NCBI GenBank assembly: GCA_965219575.1
Contig: OZ244779.1
Coordinates: forward strand, 1,484,769 to 1,548,768
Source: Candidatus Oxydemutatoraceae bacterium
Lineage (GTDB): Bacteria > Pseudomonadota > Gammaproteobacteria > Poriferisulfidales > Oxydemutatoraceae
Direction of reading: 5' to 3'
Length of the DNA: 64,000 nt
In this document: positions 1-10,072 of the stretch, piece by piece
Numbering within the stretch: the first letter of the stretch is position 1
How the letters are laid out: each line of letters starts with the position of its first letter
Notes under the pieces: generated by a model
Told to the model about the DNA's origin: nothing
The model's input: the letters and a program-made list of their open reading frames with translations, nothing else
Database searches by the model: none
Translations under genes and position numbers: made by a program

Positions 1-523
1 CTTCTCGTATCAGTGCTTCTTCGGTAGCCAAGCCGGACATCGGAGGCAAAAAAGCCAGTTTTGTCGCTATTGCCTTTGAGGGGACTTCCATACGAGTGAG
101 GTTATCTTCGGAGTCAATTCGTAAAGGACGGCAAAAAAATGCTTCCGGATTGGAATAGTCGAATTCCAACCCACATTCCCATTCCTCTCCTTGACTCATT
201 CCTTCGACTATTAAATCAATGCGTATATTTTCATTAGAGCCTCTGCGTACTTTACGATTGAACCAAATAGAATCTACTTCTGCTACCGGTAATGGAATTA
301 AATCCAATCTATTGATGGTGACACCCGGACGCTGAACAGGAATTTGATCTTTTGAGGCATATTTTTCTGCCCATTTCTGTAGACCTATATTCCATAAAGT
401 TAAGGCTTGCAAAGCCGATGTTTTACCACTGTTGTTCGGACCGACAAACAGAAATCCATTACCTAAAGGTATTTCTGCTGTCTCGAATAACTTAAAGTTT
501 CGTATGGTGATTTTTGTAAGCAT
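1..523 (-). CDS. AAA/ABC-type ATPase (AAA_15/AAA_21, OLD-like), N-terminal part; runs off the window edge
   Basis: Not in the ORF track. Manual translation from ATG at 523 gives MLTKITIRNFKLFETAEIPLGNGFLFVGPNNSGKTSALQAL, with the IRNFK strand and Walker A GPNNSGKT. A GAGG SD lies at 531-534 on the minus strand. Confidence 0.8.
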   Translation of the reverse strand, partial: MLTKITIRNFKLFETAEIPLGNGFLFVGPNNSGKTSALQALTLWNIGLQKWAEKYASKDQIPVQRPGVTINRLDLIPLPVAEVDSIWFNRKVRRGSNENIRIDLIVEGMSQGEEWECGLEFDYSNPEAFFCRPLRIDSEDNLTRMEVPSKAIATKLAFLPPMSGLATEEALIRE

Positions 524-734
524 TTTATGTCCTCTTATTGCAAACAAGGTTTTACCGGCGATATATAATGCAGCTACATGTTTTTTTCATAATTTGTTGA
601 TTATGCTCGGCAATCGGCAAAGCGTATCTTAATCGTTTATTATACAAAGATTTTCAAACACATCGTGTGGCAATTCTACCGTATATTATTTTGATGACTT
701 CAAAATATATCTAAGAATGTTTGCCGAATAGATA

Positions 735-1871
735 TCAAACCATCTTTTCTCTTTTACAGAAATCTTCGAAAGAAGTCAGGCTTATATTCCTCTCTATTTG
801 TCGGTTGTCGGCTTCCAACGATATTTGATAAAAGGTTTTGATAGGGGTTCTTTGCCGAAAGTAAAAGATGTGGGGAGAGATTGAGGTAGCTTTTAATTTA
901 CATTCCACGGCAAAGCACGGCTTTTTATTCTTGAGAACCACGAAATCTACCTCTCTTTTATCGGTATCCCTTAGATATCTCAATTCCATTTTGTATCCGT
1001 TCACATCCTCATGAAAATGGCAATACTTCAAGAGCTGACAAGCCATCATATTTTCAAATCTTATCCCCGGATCCTCTATTTGACTCCAATCCCATAGATA
1101 AAGTTTCTGCTCTTTTTTGACGGCACGTATTTGCGGCGATCCCCAAGGTGCAATTTGAAAGCAATAATAAAGTGCATCGAGAATACCCAGCCATCTTTTG
1201 GTTGTTTTAGAGTCAACTTCAAGGTCTTCCGAGAGAGAATTTATCGAAAGCGGGGAGCCGACTCGTCTAGGAAGTTCTTCCGCCAATAGTTCCACTTTAT
1301 CTATATCCTTGACACTTTCTAAATCGCGTAAATCTTCTCTGACGATTTTAGCTAATCTTTCTCGGTGCCATTTTCTTAGATGCTTTTTGTCCGCACGCAA
1401 AAAAACTTCGGGGAAGCCTCCGTATGTAAAAAGTTTATTTAGCTTATCTTTGCTTATACCGACTTCGGGAAGAGAGAAGGGGTGAAGCCTATAATAGTAA
1501 TATCTTCCTAGTAGAGAATCTCCGCCTTTTCTGAAATAATCGAGTCTTGCCGAACCGGTAATAATAAAACTATGCGTATTTTTCAAGGTGTCGTAGATAC
1601 CTTTGATCAGATTTCTCCAGTTCTTATATTTATGGATTTCGTCGAAGATAATAAATTTTTCGGAAGCCGGCCATTGGTGATCTTTGATTTTTCGACGGTG
1701 GCTTTCTAAATCCCAGTTTAGATAAGCAGGGTGTCCGTCTTTATAATTTTTTAGTAGAGATTGAGCCAATGTGGTTTTGCCCGATTGCCTAGGACCGCCC
1801 AAGAAAACCATCCTTTTTTTTAAATCCGAACGCACCGAACGCTCCAAATATCTTGTGAGTAAAACAGACAT
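735..1871 (-). CDS. AAA+ ATPase, AAA_14 + DUF4143 family
   Basis: Walker A GPRQSGKT, Walker B IIFDEIH, TGSA, YGGFPE and a C-terminal REVDFVV...AVECK nuclease-like motif. Confidence 0.9.
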   Translation of the reverse strand: MSVLLTRYLERSVRSDLKKRMVFLGGPRQSGKTTLAQSLLKNYKDGHPAYLNWDLESHRRKIKDHQWPASEKFIIFDEIHKYKNWRNLIKGIYDTLKNTHSFIITGSARLDYFRKGGDSLLGRYYYYRLHPFSLPEVGISKDKLNKLFTYGGFPEVFLRADKKHLRKWHRERLAKIVREDLRDLESVKDIDKVELLAEELPRRVGSPLSINSLSEDLEVDSKTTKRWLGILDALYYCFQIAPWGSPQIRAVKKEQKLYLWDWSQIEDPGIRFENMMACQLLKYCHFHEDVNGYKMELRYLRDTDKREVDFVVLKNKKPCFAVECKLKATSISPHIFYFRQRTPIKTFYQISLEADNRQIERNISLTSFEDFCKREKMV

Positions 1872-1872
1872 A

Positions 1873-1905
1873 ACTCCATTTTACTCATGAGTATTCTGGA
1901 GTCAA
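1873..1905 (-). promoter_or_regulatory. Sigma70 promoter overlapped by a 30-bp palindromic operator upstream of the DUF4143 ATPase
   Basis: TTGACT (1905-1900), 16-nt spacer, TAAAAT (1883-1878), then 6 nt to the ATG. Palindrome ACTCCA-ttt-TACTCATGAGTA-ttc-TGGAGT spans 1873-1902. Confidence 0.6.
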
Positions 1906-2055
1906 ACTATAGAATTATTACCGCACTGGGAAACAGTGATGCGGCTGATAGATTTTTGGCATTACACTCAAAGTGGATTTTTATACTATCGTTCCTGCAA
2001 ATACGCAATAAACTTGATGTTCGGTAGTACGAAGTTCCGGAGAGGGAGGAGGTTA

Positions 2056-2088
2056 CAAAAGAAAGAGGAGGATTATAAAATCCTCCTC
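2056..2088 (-). terminator. Intrinsic terminator downstream of uvrA
   Basis: Perfect 10-bp stem GAGGAGGATT/AATCCTCCTC (2065-2088), followed by TTTCTTTT on the minus strand. Confidence 0.65.
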
Positions 2089-2268
2089 AAATAGCCTTAT
2101 ACAATTACTCTTCATCGTATCATAGAAAGTCAAAAAACAAACAAAATTTTTAACAATCTCAAATCCATAGACAAAATGTAAAGACCACCTTGTCAGGCTT
2201 CGTTCTTTATGGAGAAGGAATACTACTTTTTTAGTAGTGCCGGGTTAGATCTAATCGATAACGATACT

Positions 2269-5088
2269 TTAGGATAGATACGGTTTGAGGTAGCGGCCGG
2301 TCCATGAATCGGGGTTGGCTGCAACCGTCTCGGGGTTACCGATTGCAATCACCTGTCCGCCTTTATCACCCCCCTCGGGACCTAAGTCTATAATCCAGTC
2401 GGCAGTTTTGATGACATCTAGGTTATGTTCTATGACGATAATCGTGTTGCCTTCGTTGCGTAGGCGATAGAGGACTTTCAACAGCTGCTCTATATCTTGA
2501 AAATGTAATCCGGTGGTAGGCTCATCCAATAAATATAAGGTTTTTCCTGTACTTCGCTTAGCAAGTTCACGCGATAGTTTAATACGCTGTGCTTCTCCGC
2601 CCGATAGCGTGGTGGAGTTCTGTCCGAGTTTGACATAAGACAAACCTACATCGACTAAGGTTTGTAGTTTATTGCGAATCACCGGAATGGCATGGAAAAA
2701 GACGATTGCTTCTTCTACGGTCATTTCCAGTATCTGATGGATATTTTTTTCTTTGTAGCAAATATCCAGTGTTTCTCGGTTATAGCGTAATCCTTTGCAT
2801 ACATCGCAGCGTACATAAATATCGGGCAGAAAGTGCATTTCTACTTTGACTACACCGTCGCCTTGGCAGGCTTCGCATCGTCCTCCTTTAACATTAAAGC
2901 TAAAGCGTCCGGGTTGATAGCCTCGGGTACGCGATTCGGGTGTTTTTGAAAATAATTCTCGCACCGGTGTAAATATACCGGTATAAGTTGCCGGATTAGA
3001 GCGTGGGGTGCGACCTATGGGGCTTTGGTCTATGTTGATGATTTTATCGACTTGCTCTAAACCGACGATTTCTTTGCACGGTGCCGGATGTAGATTGCTA
3101 CGATGTAGCGTGTTCGCAATATGTTTGTATAGGGTTTCGTTGATCAAAGTAGATTTTCCCGAACCGGATACCCCGGTAATGCAAGTCATCAGACCCAAAG
3201 GGATATTGACATTGATATTTTTGAGATTATTGCCGCGTGCTTTTTTGATTTTCAGCACACGCTTGGGTTGCATTGTCACACGCTCGGGAATTGCAATTAC
3301 GCGTTTGCCGGAGAGATATTGCCCGGTGAGCGACTTTGAGTTTTTGGCTATTTGACCGGGCTTACCGCAAGCGACCACGGTGCCGCCGTGCTCACCGGCA
3401 CCGGGACCTATATCCAGAATATAGTCCGCCGACTCGATTGCGTCTTTGTCGTGTTCTACGACGAGCACGCTATTACCCAAATCGCGTAGTTCGCTTAAGG
3501 TATTGAGTAACCTTTTATTATCTCGTTGGTGTAGGCCTATAGAGGGTTCATCCAAAATATACATCACACCGACGAGTTGCGAGCCGACTTGGCTGGCAAG
3601 GCGGATGCGTTGCGCTTCTCCGCCCGATAGCGTTTCGGCACTGCGGCTAAGCGACAAATAATCAAGCCCCACATTGACTAAGAATTTCAAGCGGTGGCGT
3701 ATTTCGGCTAGGATTTTATCGGCAATTTTGGCTTGTTTCTCGCCGAGTTTCAAATGCTTGAAAAATTCCAGTACCTCGGCTGTGTTCATTGCCGAGATCT
3801 CGGGCAACCGCGTTTTTGCGATATACACATGGCGTGCCGCCAAATTGAGCCTTTCACTGTCGCATACATGACAATTTTGTAGCGATAAAAAGCTCCGTAG
3901 TTTTTCTTTGACTTGTTCGGAGGTTGTTTGTTCGTAACGCTCCAGCATACCGGTGATGATGCCTTTGAAAGCATGGCGATGGCTGATATATTTACCGACA
4001 CTGTTGCGATAACGGAACTCTATCTTTTGTCTCTTGTCGCCGTAGAGTATCACTTGTCTCAGCGCATGTTTGAGCGTAGCGAATTTTTGTTCGGCATCGA
4101 AGCCGTAATGCCGAGCAAGTGATGTGATCGTATCCACATAATGTTCGTTGCGGCGATCCCAACCGCGTATCGCACCGCCCAACAAGCTAAGTTCGGGATT
4201 GACGATTTTGTCCTCGTCAAAGTACTCGATGACCCCTAAACCATCACATTCGGGACATGCCCCGACCGGATTGTTAAAAGAGAATAGGCGAGGTTCCAAT
4301 TCGCTTAGCGTATAACCGCAGTGCGGGCAGGAAAAACTTGCCGAAAAAAGCATTTGTTTCTCGGGGTGGTTCACCGGCAAGGCGATGGCAAGGTCGTTCG
4401 CCATCGATAACGCAACCTCCAACGACTCGGCGATACGTTGTTGTGCATTTTCTCTGACTTTCAGTCGATCTATTACGACCTCTATCGTGTGCTTTTTGTA
4501 CAGTGCCAATTTGGGTTGCTCGCCTATTTCGTATATCGTATCGTTGATGCGCACTCTTAGAAATCCTTGCAACTTCAGATCGTCGAATAACTTACTATAT
4601 TCGCCTTTGCGTTCGCGTACGATAGGGGCGAGGATCAGCAAAGCGGTATCTTCGGGAAAACTCATAATGCGATCGACCATTTGACTTACGGTTTCGCTCT
4701 TCAGCGGTACACGATGTTCGGGACAGTGGGGTGTACCGATACGCGCATAAAGTAGCCGCAAATAATCGTGTATTTCGGTGACCGTGCCGACCGTAGAACG
4801 CGGGTTGTGCGAAGTGCTTTTTTGATCGATGGAAATCGCCGGAGACAATCCTTCTATTTGATCGACATCGGGTTTTTCCATACGCGTCAGAAATTGCCGT
4901 GCGTAGGCGGAGAGCGATTCTACATAGCGTCTTTGACCTTCGGCAAAAATCGTATCGAAAGCTAGAGAGGATTTACCGGAACCCGAAAGCCCGGTGATGA
5001 CGACGAGCTTGTTTCTGGGGATTTCTATATCTACATTCTTTAAGTTATGGGTTCGGGCACCTTTTATGTGAATTATGTTCTTAGGCAT
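2269..5088 (-). CDS. uvrA: Excinuclease ABC subunit A
   Basis: GARTHNLKN start, two ABC cassettes ([26 protein letters not shown] twice) and CxxC zinc fingers. Confidence 0.99.
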   Translation of the reverse strand: MPKNIIHIKGARTHNLKNVDIEIPRNKLVVITGLSGSGKSSLAFDTIFAEGQRRYVESLSAYARQFLTRMEKPDVDQIEGLSPAISIDQKSTSHNPRSTVGTVTEIHDYLRLLYARIGTPHCPEHRVPLKSETVSQMVDRIMSFPEDTALLILAPIVRERKGEYSKLFDDLKLQGFLRVRINDTIYEIGEQPKLALYKKHTIEVVIDRLKVRENAQQRIAESLEVALSMANDLAIALPVNHPEKQMLFSASFSCPHCGYTLSELEPRLFSFNNPVGACPECDGLGVIEYFDEDKIVNPELSLLGGAIRGWDRRNEHYVDTITSLARHYGFDAEQKFATLKHALRQVILYGDKRQKIEFRYRNSVGKYISHRHAFKGIITGMLERYEQTTSEQVKEKLRSFLSLQNCHVCDSERLNLAARHVYIAKTRLPEISAMNTAEVLEFFKHLKLGEKQAKIADKILAEIRHRLKFLVNVGLDYLSLSRSAETLSGGEAQRIRLASQVGSQLVGVMYILDEPSIGLHQRDNKRLLNTLSELRDLGNSVLVVEHDKDAIESADYILDIGPGAGEHGGTVVACGKPGQIAKNSKSLTGQYLSGKRVIAIPERVTMQPKRVLKIKKARGNNLKNINVNIPLGLMTCITGVSGSGKSTLINETLYKHIANTLHRSNLHPAPCKEIVGLEQVDKIINIDQSPIGRTPRSNPATYTGIFTPVRELFSKTPESRTRGYQPGRFSFNVKGGRCEACQGDGVVKVEMHFLPDIYVRCDVCKGLRYNRETLDICYKEKNIHQILEMTVEEAIVFFHAIPVIRNKLQTLVDVGLSYVKLGQNSTTLSGGEAQRIKLSRELAKRSTGKTLYLLDEPTTGLHFQDIEQLLKVLYRLRNEGNTIIVIEHNLDVIKTADWIIDLGPEGGDKGGQVIAIGNPETVAANPDSWTGRYLKPYLS

Positions 5089-5147
5089 TATAATACTCTG
5101 TTATCGGTTAACCCACTTACGACAAATCAGAAACTAAACAGCGAAAC

Positions 5148-6323
5148 ATGAATAAGATTGAACAGCGTACCGCGCTAAGTTTGAGTAGTGTTTACGCGCT
5201 TCGTATGTTCGGTTTATTTCTAATTTTACCGGTGTTTGCATTACACAGCTATGAGTTTAAGTTCGCAACATCTTCCTTAGCGGGGATTGCTCTGGGGATT
5301 TACGGTTTGACCCAAGCGTGCTTGCAGATTCCTATGGGATTGCTGTCCGATCGCGTGGGTCGCAAGACGGTTATTATAGCCGGGTTTGTATTATTTTGCA
5401 TCGGGAGTCTTATTGCCGCACTTGCCGAAACGATATACGGGGTCATTTGGGGTCGTGCGTTGCAAGGTGCCGGTGCGGTTGCATCTACCTTGATGGCATT
5501 GGCTGCCGACTTAACTCGCGAAGAACAGCGCGCCAAGATCAACACATTAATCGGCGGCGGTATTGTGCTGGCTTTTGCGCTGGCATTGGTGGGTGCACCG
5601 GTATTACATGGATATATCGCATTATCGGGTATATTTTGGTTATCGGCTCTGCTCGCTCCGCTTGCGATACTCATCGTGATATACGGCGTACCGAAGGTTC
5701 CCGACAACGATAAAACTTCGATTGCCGAACAATGGCAGGGCAATCGTATCAGAGATGCGTTGCGCAATAAGGAGTTATTGCGTCTGTACTTCGGTGTCTT
5801 CGCACTCCATGCGGCGATGGCGACAAACTTTCTAATCTTACCGCAGGCAATTATCGATCGTCTCGAGTTGGCGAGTGCCGAGCATTGGATTTTCTATCTG
5901 CTGATATTGATCGGTTCGGTATTGTTGATGTGGCCGGCGTTGGGCTGGGGAGAAAAAAAGAGGCGTGTCCGAGAAGTGTTCCTCGGCGCAATTTTTCTAC
6001 TCATTTTGAGTCAACTGTGCTGGTACTTGAGCAGCAGCGGTGCCACATTGTTTATCTTTATGTTATTATTTTTTACCGCATTCAATTATTTAGAAGCTAA
6101 TTTACCCGCTTTGCTGAGCCGTAAATGCCATCCATCGGCCAGAGGCAGTTGCATGGGAGTCTTTTCTACCGCCCAGTTTTTAGGAATATTCGTAGGTGCA
6201 AGCAGCGGTGGATTTTTATTGGGTTTTGGGGGAGTGAGTATAATAATTCCATCTGTATTAGTGCTGTTCGTCTGGTTTTTATGTGCGTTCGGCATGAAAG
6301 CCGAAACCGCAAGGCGTATTTGA
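5148..6323 (+). CDS. MFS transporter (YajR-like)
   Basis: Multi-TM protein with LSDRVGRK motif A, in the conserved position between uvrA and ssb. Confidence 0.9.
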   Translation: MNKIEQRTALSLSSVYALRMFGLFLILPVFALHSYEFKFATSSLAGIALGIYGLTQACLQIPMGLLSDRVGRKTVIIAGFVLFCIGSLIAALAETIYGVIWGRALQGAGAVASTLMALAADLTREEQRAKINTLIGGGIVLAFALALVGAPVLHGYIALSGIFWLSALLAPLAILIVIYGVPKVPDNDKTSIAEQWQGNRIRDALRNKELLRLYFGVFALHAAMATNFLILPQAIIDRLELASAEHWIFYLLILIGSVLLMWPALGWGEKKRRVREVFLGAIFLLILSQLCWYLSSSGATLFIFMLLFFTAFNYLEANLPALLSRKCHPSARGSCMGVFSTAQFLGIFVGASSGGFLLGFGGVSIIIPSVLVLFVWFLCAFGMKAETARRI

Positions 6324-6364
6324 GGCAATATGGGTATTTTTAACCAACATATAGGAGAATACTA

Positions 6365-6841
6365 ATGGCTAGAGGAATAAACAAAGCAATTTTAATAGGT
6401 AATTTAGGACAAGACCCCGAAATCAGATATGCGCCGAGTGGTGCTGCGATTTGTAATATGACGCTCGCAACCAACGAGAGTTGGAAAGACAAGGACAGCG
6501 GCGAGAGACACGAACGAACCGAGTGGCATAGGCTGGTATTTTTCGGTCGTTTGGCGGAAATCGCACATGAATATCTGCACAAGGGTTCACAAATTTACAT
6601 AGAAGGTAAGATACAAACTAGGAAGTGGAATACGCAAAGCGGAGAGGAGCGGACGACAACGGAGATTGTCGTCTCCGATATGCAGATGTTGGGTGGTAGA
6701 AGCAATACCGCGGAGTACGACAGCGACAAAACTTCGCACGGCAATAAACCACCCAATGCACCCGCTAAAACCGGAGTAGAGGATACCTTGGATGTAACGT
6801 CTTCCGCAGATTCCGAGATTAACGACGATATACCTTTTTGA
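6365..6841 (+). CDS. ssb: Single-stranded DNA-binding protein
   Basis: [19 protein letters not shown] start and C-terminal DDIPF. Confidence 0.99.
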   Translation: MARGINKAILIGNLGQDPEIRYAPSGAAICNMTLATNESWKDKDSGERHERTEWHRLVFFGRLAEIAHEYLHKGSQIYIEGKIQTRKWNTQSGEERTTTEIVVSDMQMLGGRSNTAEYDSDKTSHGNKPPNAPAKTGVEDTLDVTSSADSEINDDIPF

Positions 6842-6866
6842 TAGAAGTTGAGCATTTATACCGGCA

Positions 6867-7976
6867 ATGAAAGTTCTACAGGTAGGTAGATTTTATCCCC
6901 TACCGGTAGGTGGCGTAGAACAAGTCATACGCAATATCTTCGAGGGCTTGAATGTCGCCGGTATAAATTGCGATGTGTTGTCATACAGCAGAACCTTTAG
7001 ATCGTCGATCGAAGAGACTGCTACGGGTACAATCTATAGAAGCGCGAGTTTGGGGTGTTTTAGGTCAACTTGGTTAGCACCGTTATTACCTCGGCATCTC
7101 AAGCGACTCGTCGGTAATTACGATGTAATACACTTACATCACCCCGACCCGATGTCTGCTTTGACATTCTTTTTACTAAGACCGAAAGTGAAGTTGGTTT
7201 TTCATTGGCATTGCAATATCGTCAGGCAAAAGATAGGACGCCTGCTGGTTGCGCCGCTGATAAATTGGTTGTTGCGGCGAGCCGATGCGATTATCGTCAC
7301 AACGCCGAGCTATAAGCAAACCCGCCACTTGACAAAATGGTGTGATAAAGTACGCGTAATACCAATCGGTATCGGAGATGAAACCCCACCGATAAATGCC
7401 GAGCGAGTGCGAGCAATTCGCGATACCTATAACAATCGCTTTATCGTATTGGCAGTCGGACGGTTGATATACTACAAAGGTTTTGAATATCTGATCGAAG
7501 CAGCGCACTTGCTGGACGACTCAATTATAATTTTGATAGCCGGTGAGGGTAAGGACAGAAATAAACTGGAGGGATCGATTAAAAAGATGCAAATGCAGGA
7601 GAAGGTAAAGTTGCTCGGTTATTTAGACGAGGCGGATTTAGCGTGTTATTATCGAGCCTGCGATTTATTTTGTATGAGTTCGGTAGCAAATTCCGAGGCC
7701 TTCGGCATCGTACAACTAGAAGCAATGAAATTCGGTAAAGCCATCGTGTCGACGGTAATACCCGAATCCGGTGTGAACTGGGTTAATGCCGATCAAATCA
7801 GCGGTATTAATGTGCAGGCTAAAGACTCCCGAGCACTCGCCGAAGCAATATCGATTCTGCACCGACAACCCGCTTTACGTAAACGTATGAGCGAGCGGGG
7901 TCGGCAACGTTTCCAAGATATGTTCGGCCGCAAACGCATGTGCAGAAGTTTGATGCAACTGTATGAGTCTCTATAG
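6867..7976 (+). CDS. Glycosyltransferase, GT4 family
   Basis: GGVE near the N-terminus, VGRLIYYKG and EAFGIVQLEAM (ExFG-x-E) motifs. Confidence 0.92.
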   Translation: MKVLQVGRFYPLPVGGVEQVIRNIFEGLNVAGINCDVLSYSRTFRSSIEETATGTIYRSASLGCFRSTWLAPLLPRHLKRLVGNYDVIHLHHPDPMSALTFFLLRPKVKLVFHWHCNIVRQKIGRLLVAPLINWLLRRADAIIVTTPSYKQTRHLTKWCDKVRVIPIGIGDETPPINAERVRAIRDTYNNRFIVLAVGRLIYYKGFEYLIEAAHLLDDSIIILIAGEGKDRNKLEGSIKKMQMQEKVKLLGYLDEADLACYYRACDLFCMSSVANSEAFGIVQLEAMKFGKAIVSTVIPESGVNWVNADQISGINVQAKDSRALAEAISILHRQPALRKRMSERGRQRFQDMFGRKRMCRSLMQLYESL

Positions 7977-7979
7977 ATA

Positions 7980-8954
7980 ATGAATATCTTAGTTACCGGC
8001 GGAGCGGGTTATGTCGGCAGCCATATCGTATTGCAGCTATCCGATTCCGAACACCGTACGGTTGTATGCGACGATTTATCCAATAGTCGTGAAGAAGCGG
8101 TTATCGGGGCGGAATTCTATCGGATGGATATCGCCGATGTACGAATGGATGCATTATTCAAGCAGCATCACTTCGATGCGGTAATGCATTTTGCGGCATC
8201 GGTTAGTGTGCCCGAATCAATGCAGAATCCCTATAAATATTATGCGAATAATACGGTTGCGACGCTTAAATTACTCGAGCTATGCGCCCGTTATAAAATT
8301 TCTTATTTTATTTTTTCGTCGACCGCAGCGGTCTACGGCATGCCCGATAATATACCCGTAGACGAAGAAGCTCATCCGGTACCGATTAATGCGTACGGTC
8401 ATTCCAAGTTGATGGCCGAGCGGATGGTAATCGATGTTGCCGATCAAGCAGGATTTAAGTATGCCATTTTGCGCTATTTCAATGTTGCCGGGGCAGACTC
8501 GCAAGCTCGTATAGGTCAAAATAGTAAAGAAGCCACTCATTTAATCAAGGTAGCCTGCATGGCGGCGGTAGACCGAGTAGAACATATACAGTTGTACGGA
8601 ACCGATTACGATACTGCGGACGGCACTTGCGTGCGCGATTATATCCATGTGTCGGACATATCGGAGGCACACCTACAGGCTTTAGATTATTTATCGAGAG
8701 GCGGGAAATCGAATATCTTCAACTGCGGTTATGGTATCGGCTATAGCGTCAAAGAGATTTTGAGTGCGGTAAAAGATATCAGCCGGGTAGATTTTAAGGT
8801 CGTAGAAAGCGACCGTAGGGCAGGCGATCCTCCCGAATTGATTGCGAGTAACAACAAGATAAAAAAGATACTAGGATGGCAACCGCGTTATCGGAACCTA
8901 GATAGTATTATAGAAAGTGCTTTGGCTTGGGAACGAAAACTTGCAACCGGGTAA
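7980..8954 (+). CDS. galE: UDP-glucose 4-epimerase
   Basis: TGGAGYVGSH, FSSTAAVYG, YGHSK, LRYFNVAGA and DGTCVRDYIHV. Confidence 0.96.
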   Translation: MNILVTGGAGYVGSHIVLQLSDSEHRTVVCDDLSNSREEAVIGAEFYRMDIADVRMDALFKQHHFDAVMHFAASVSVPESMQNPYKYYANNTVATLKLLELCARYKISYFIFSSTAAVYGMPDNIPVDEEAHPVPINAYGHSKLMAERMVIDVADQAGFKYAILRYFNVAGADSQARIGQNSKEATHLIKVACMAAVDRVEHIQLYGTDYDTADGTCVRDYIHVSDISEAHLQALDYLSRGGKSNIFNCGYGIGYSVKEILSAVKDISRVDFKVVESDRRAGDPPELIASNNKIKKILGWQPRYRNLDSIIESALAWERKLATG

Positions 8955-8995
8955 AACATTCGTCGCACTATTTCCGTAGAATTTCATAAACCGTC

Positions 8996-10072
8996 GTGTC
9001 CGTTTATTTGATTTATATATCGGCTTTTGTCGCCTCTTTTGCATTGACCTATTTATGCTATCGGATATTATTGTCGTGGCGCGTTATGGATTTACCGAAT
9101 AGCAGAAGTTCGCACCTATCTCCGGTACCGCGTGGCGGTGGTATCGCTATTTTGATAACTTTTTTTTTAATCGTCGCTTTGACCGAATTGAGCGATGCAC
9201 CGGATCCCGGCTTTATGCAAGCCTTAACCTTCGGCGGTATCGCTATCGCACTGGTCGGATTTATCGATGATGTCTACAGCTTAAATCCCATCGTCCGTTT
9301 TCTCGCAACCCTATTGGTTACGGTATTGTGTGTCGCACAGATAGGTATGCCGTCGGTTTCGTTCATGGGTTTGACGATGCAACCTTCTCCAATTCTATTC
9401 GTGTGCGAAGTTTTGGCGATATTATGGATACTCAATTTATTTAACTTTATGGACGGTATAGATGCGATTGCATCGCTGGAAGCGATCAGCGTGCTATTGA
9501 TTGCCGTCGCGTTATTGTTGCTGGCTCCGAGCTATGAATCGTCTCGTAATCAAGTTGAGATTTTACTTATAATTGCTTTTGCTACGGCAGGTTTTTTGGT
9601 ATGGAATTGGCCGCCGGCAAAAATTTTCATGGGGGATGTAAGCAGTAGCTTTTTAGGTTTTGTGCTGGCGTTGTTCGCAGTGCAAACTTCGATAGAGCAA
9701 ACGATGAATGTCTGGGTTTGGCTCATTTTATTAGGTGTGTTTTTTATGGATGCGACCGTCACGATTGTTTTACGCGTATTCGATAAGCAAAAATTTTATC
9801 GGGCGCACCGCCAGCATGTCTATCAGCGTCTGGCGTTATATTTTCAGAAAAACAAAGTGACCGAAGCGGAGCAGGCGAGAGCTTATGCACACAAAACGGT
9901 ATCCTTAATCGTCGTTGCAATTAACTTTTTATGGTTGGCACCTTGGGCTTATATGGCGAAGCGACACCCCGAGCAAGCGATGCTATATGCACTGATTTCA
10001 TTGACACCTTTATCGGTATTGCTTATATTAGCACATCGTAGATTTCCGTCGGAATACGCCGACCACAAATGA
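8996..10072 (+). CDS. Undecaprenyl-phosphate HexNAc-1-phosphate transferase (WbpL/WecA, MraY-like)
   Basis: RSSH..PVPRGGG, GFIDD, NFMDGID, KIFMGD and HRQHVYQ motifs; polytopic membrane protein. Confidence 0.92.
   Translation: MSVYLIYISAFVASFALTYLCYRILLSWRVMDLPNSRSSHLSPVPRGGGIAILITFFLIVALTELSDAPDPGFMQALTFGGIAIALVGFIDDVYSLNPIVRFLATLLVTVLCVAQIGMPSVSFMGLTMQPSPILFVCEVLAILWILNLFNFMDGIDAIASLEAISVLLIAVALLLLAPSYESSRNQVEILLIIAFATAGFLVWNWPPAKIFMGDVSSSFLGFVLALFAVQTSIEQTMNVWVWLILLGVFFMDATVTIVLRVFDKQKFYRAHRQHVYQRLALYFQKNKVTEAEQARAYAHKTVSLIVVAINFLWLAPWAYMAKRHPEQAMLYALISLTPLSVLLILAHRRFPSEYADHK

Noticed and set aside
688-706. Inverted repeat ATTTTGA-n5-TCAAAAT between the two ATPase genes
   Set aside because: It is short and AT-only in an AT-rich spacer, so it could easily arise by chance.
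5089-5147. LexA (SOS) box upstream of uvrA
   Set aside because: There is no CTGT-N8-ACAG match in the 59-bp intergenic region.
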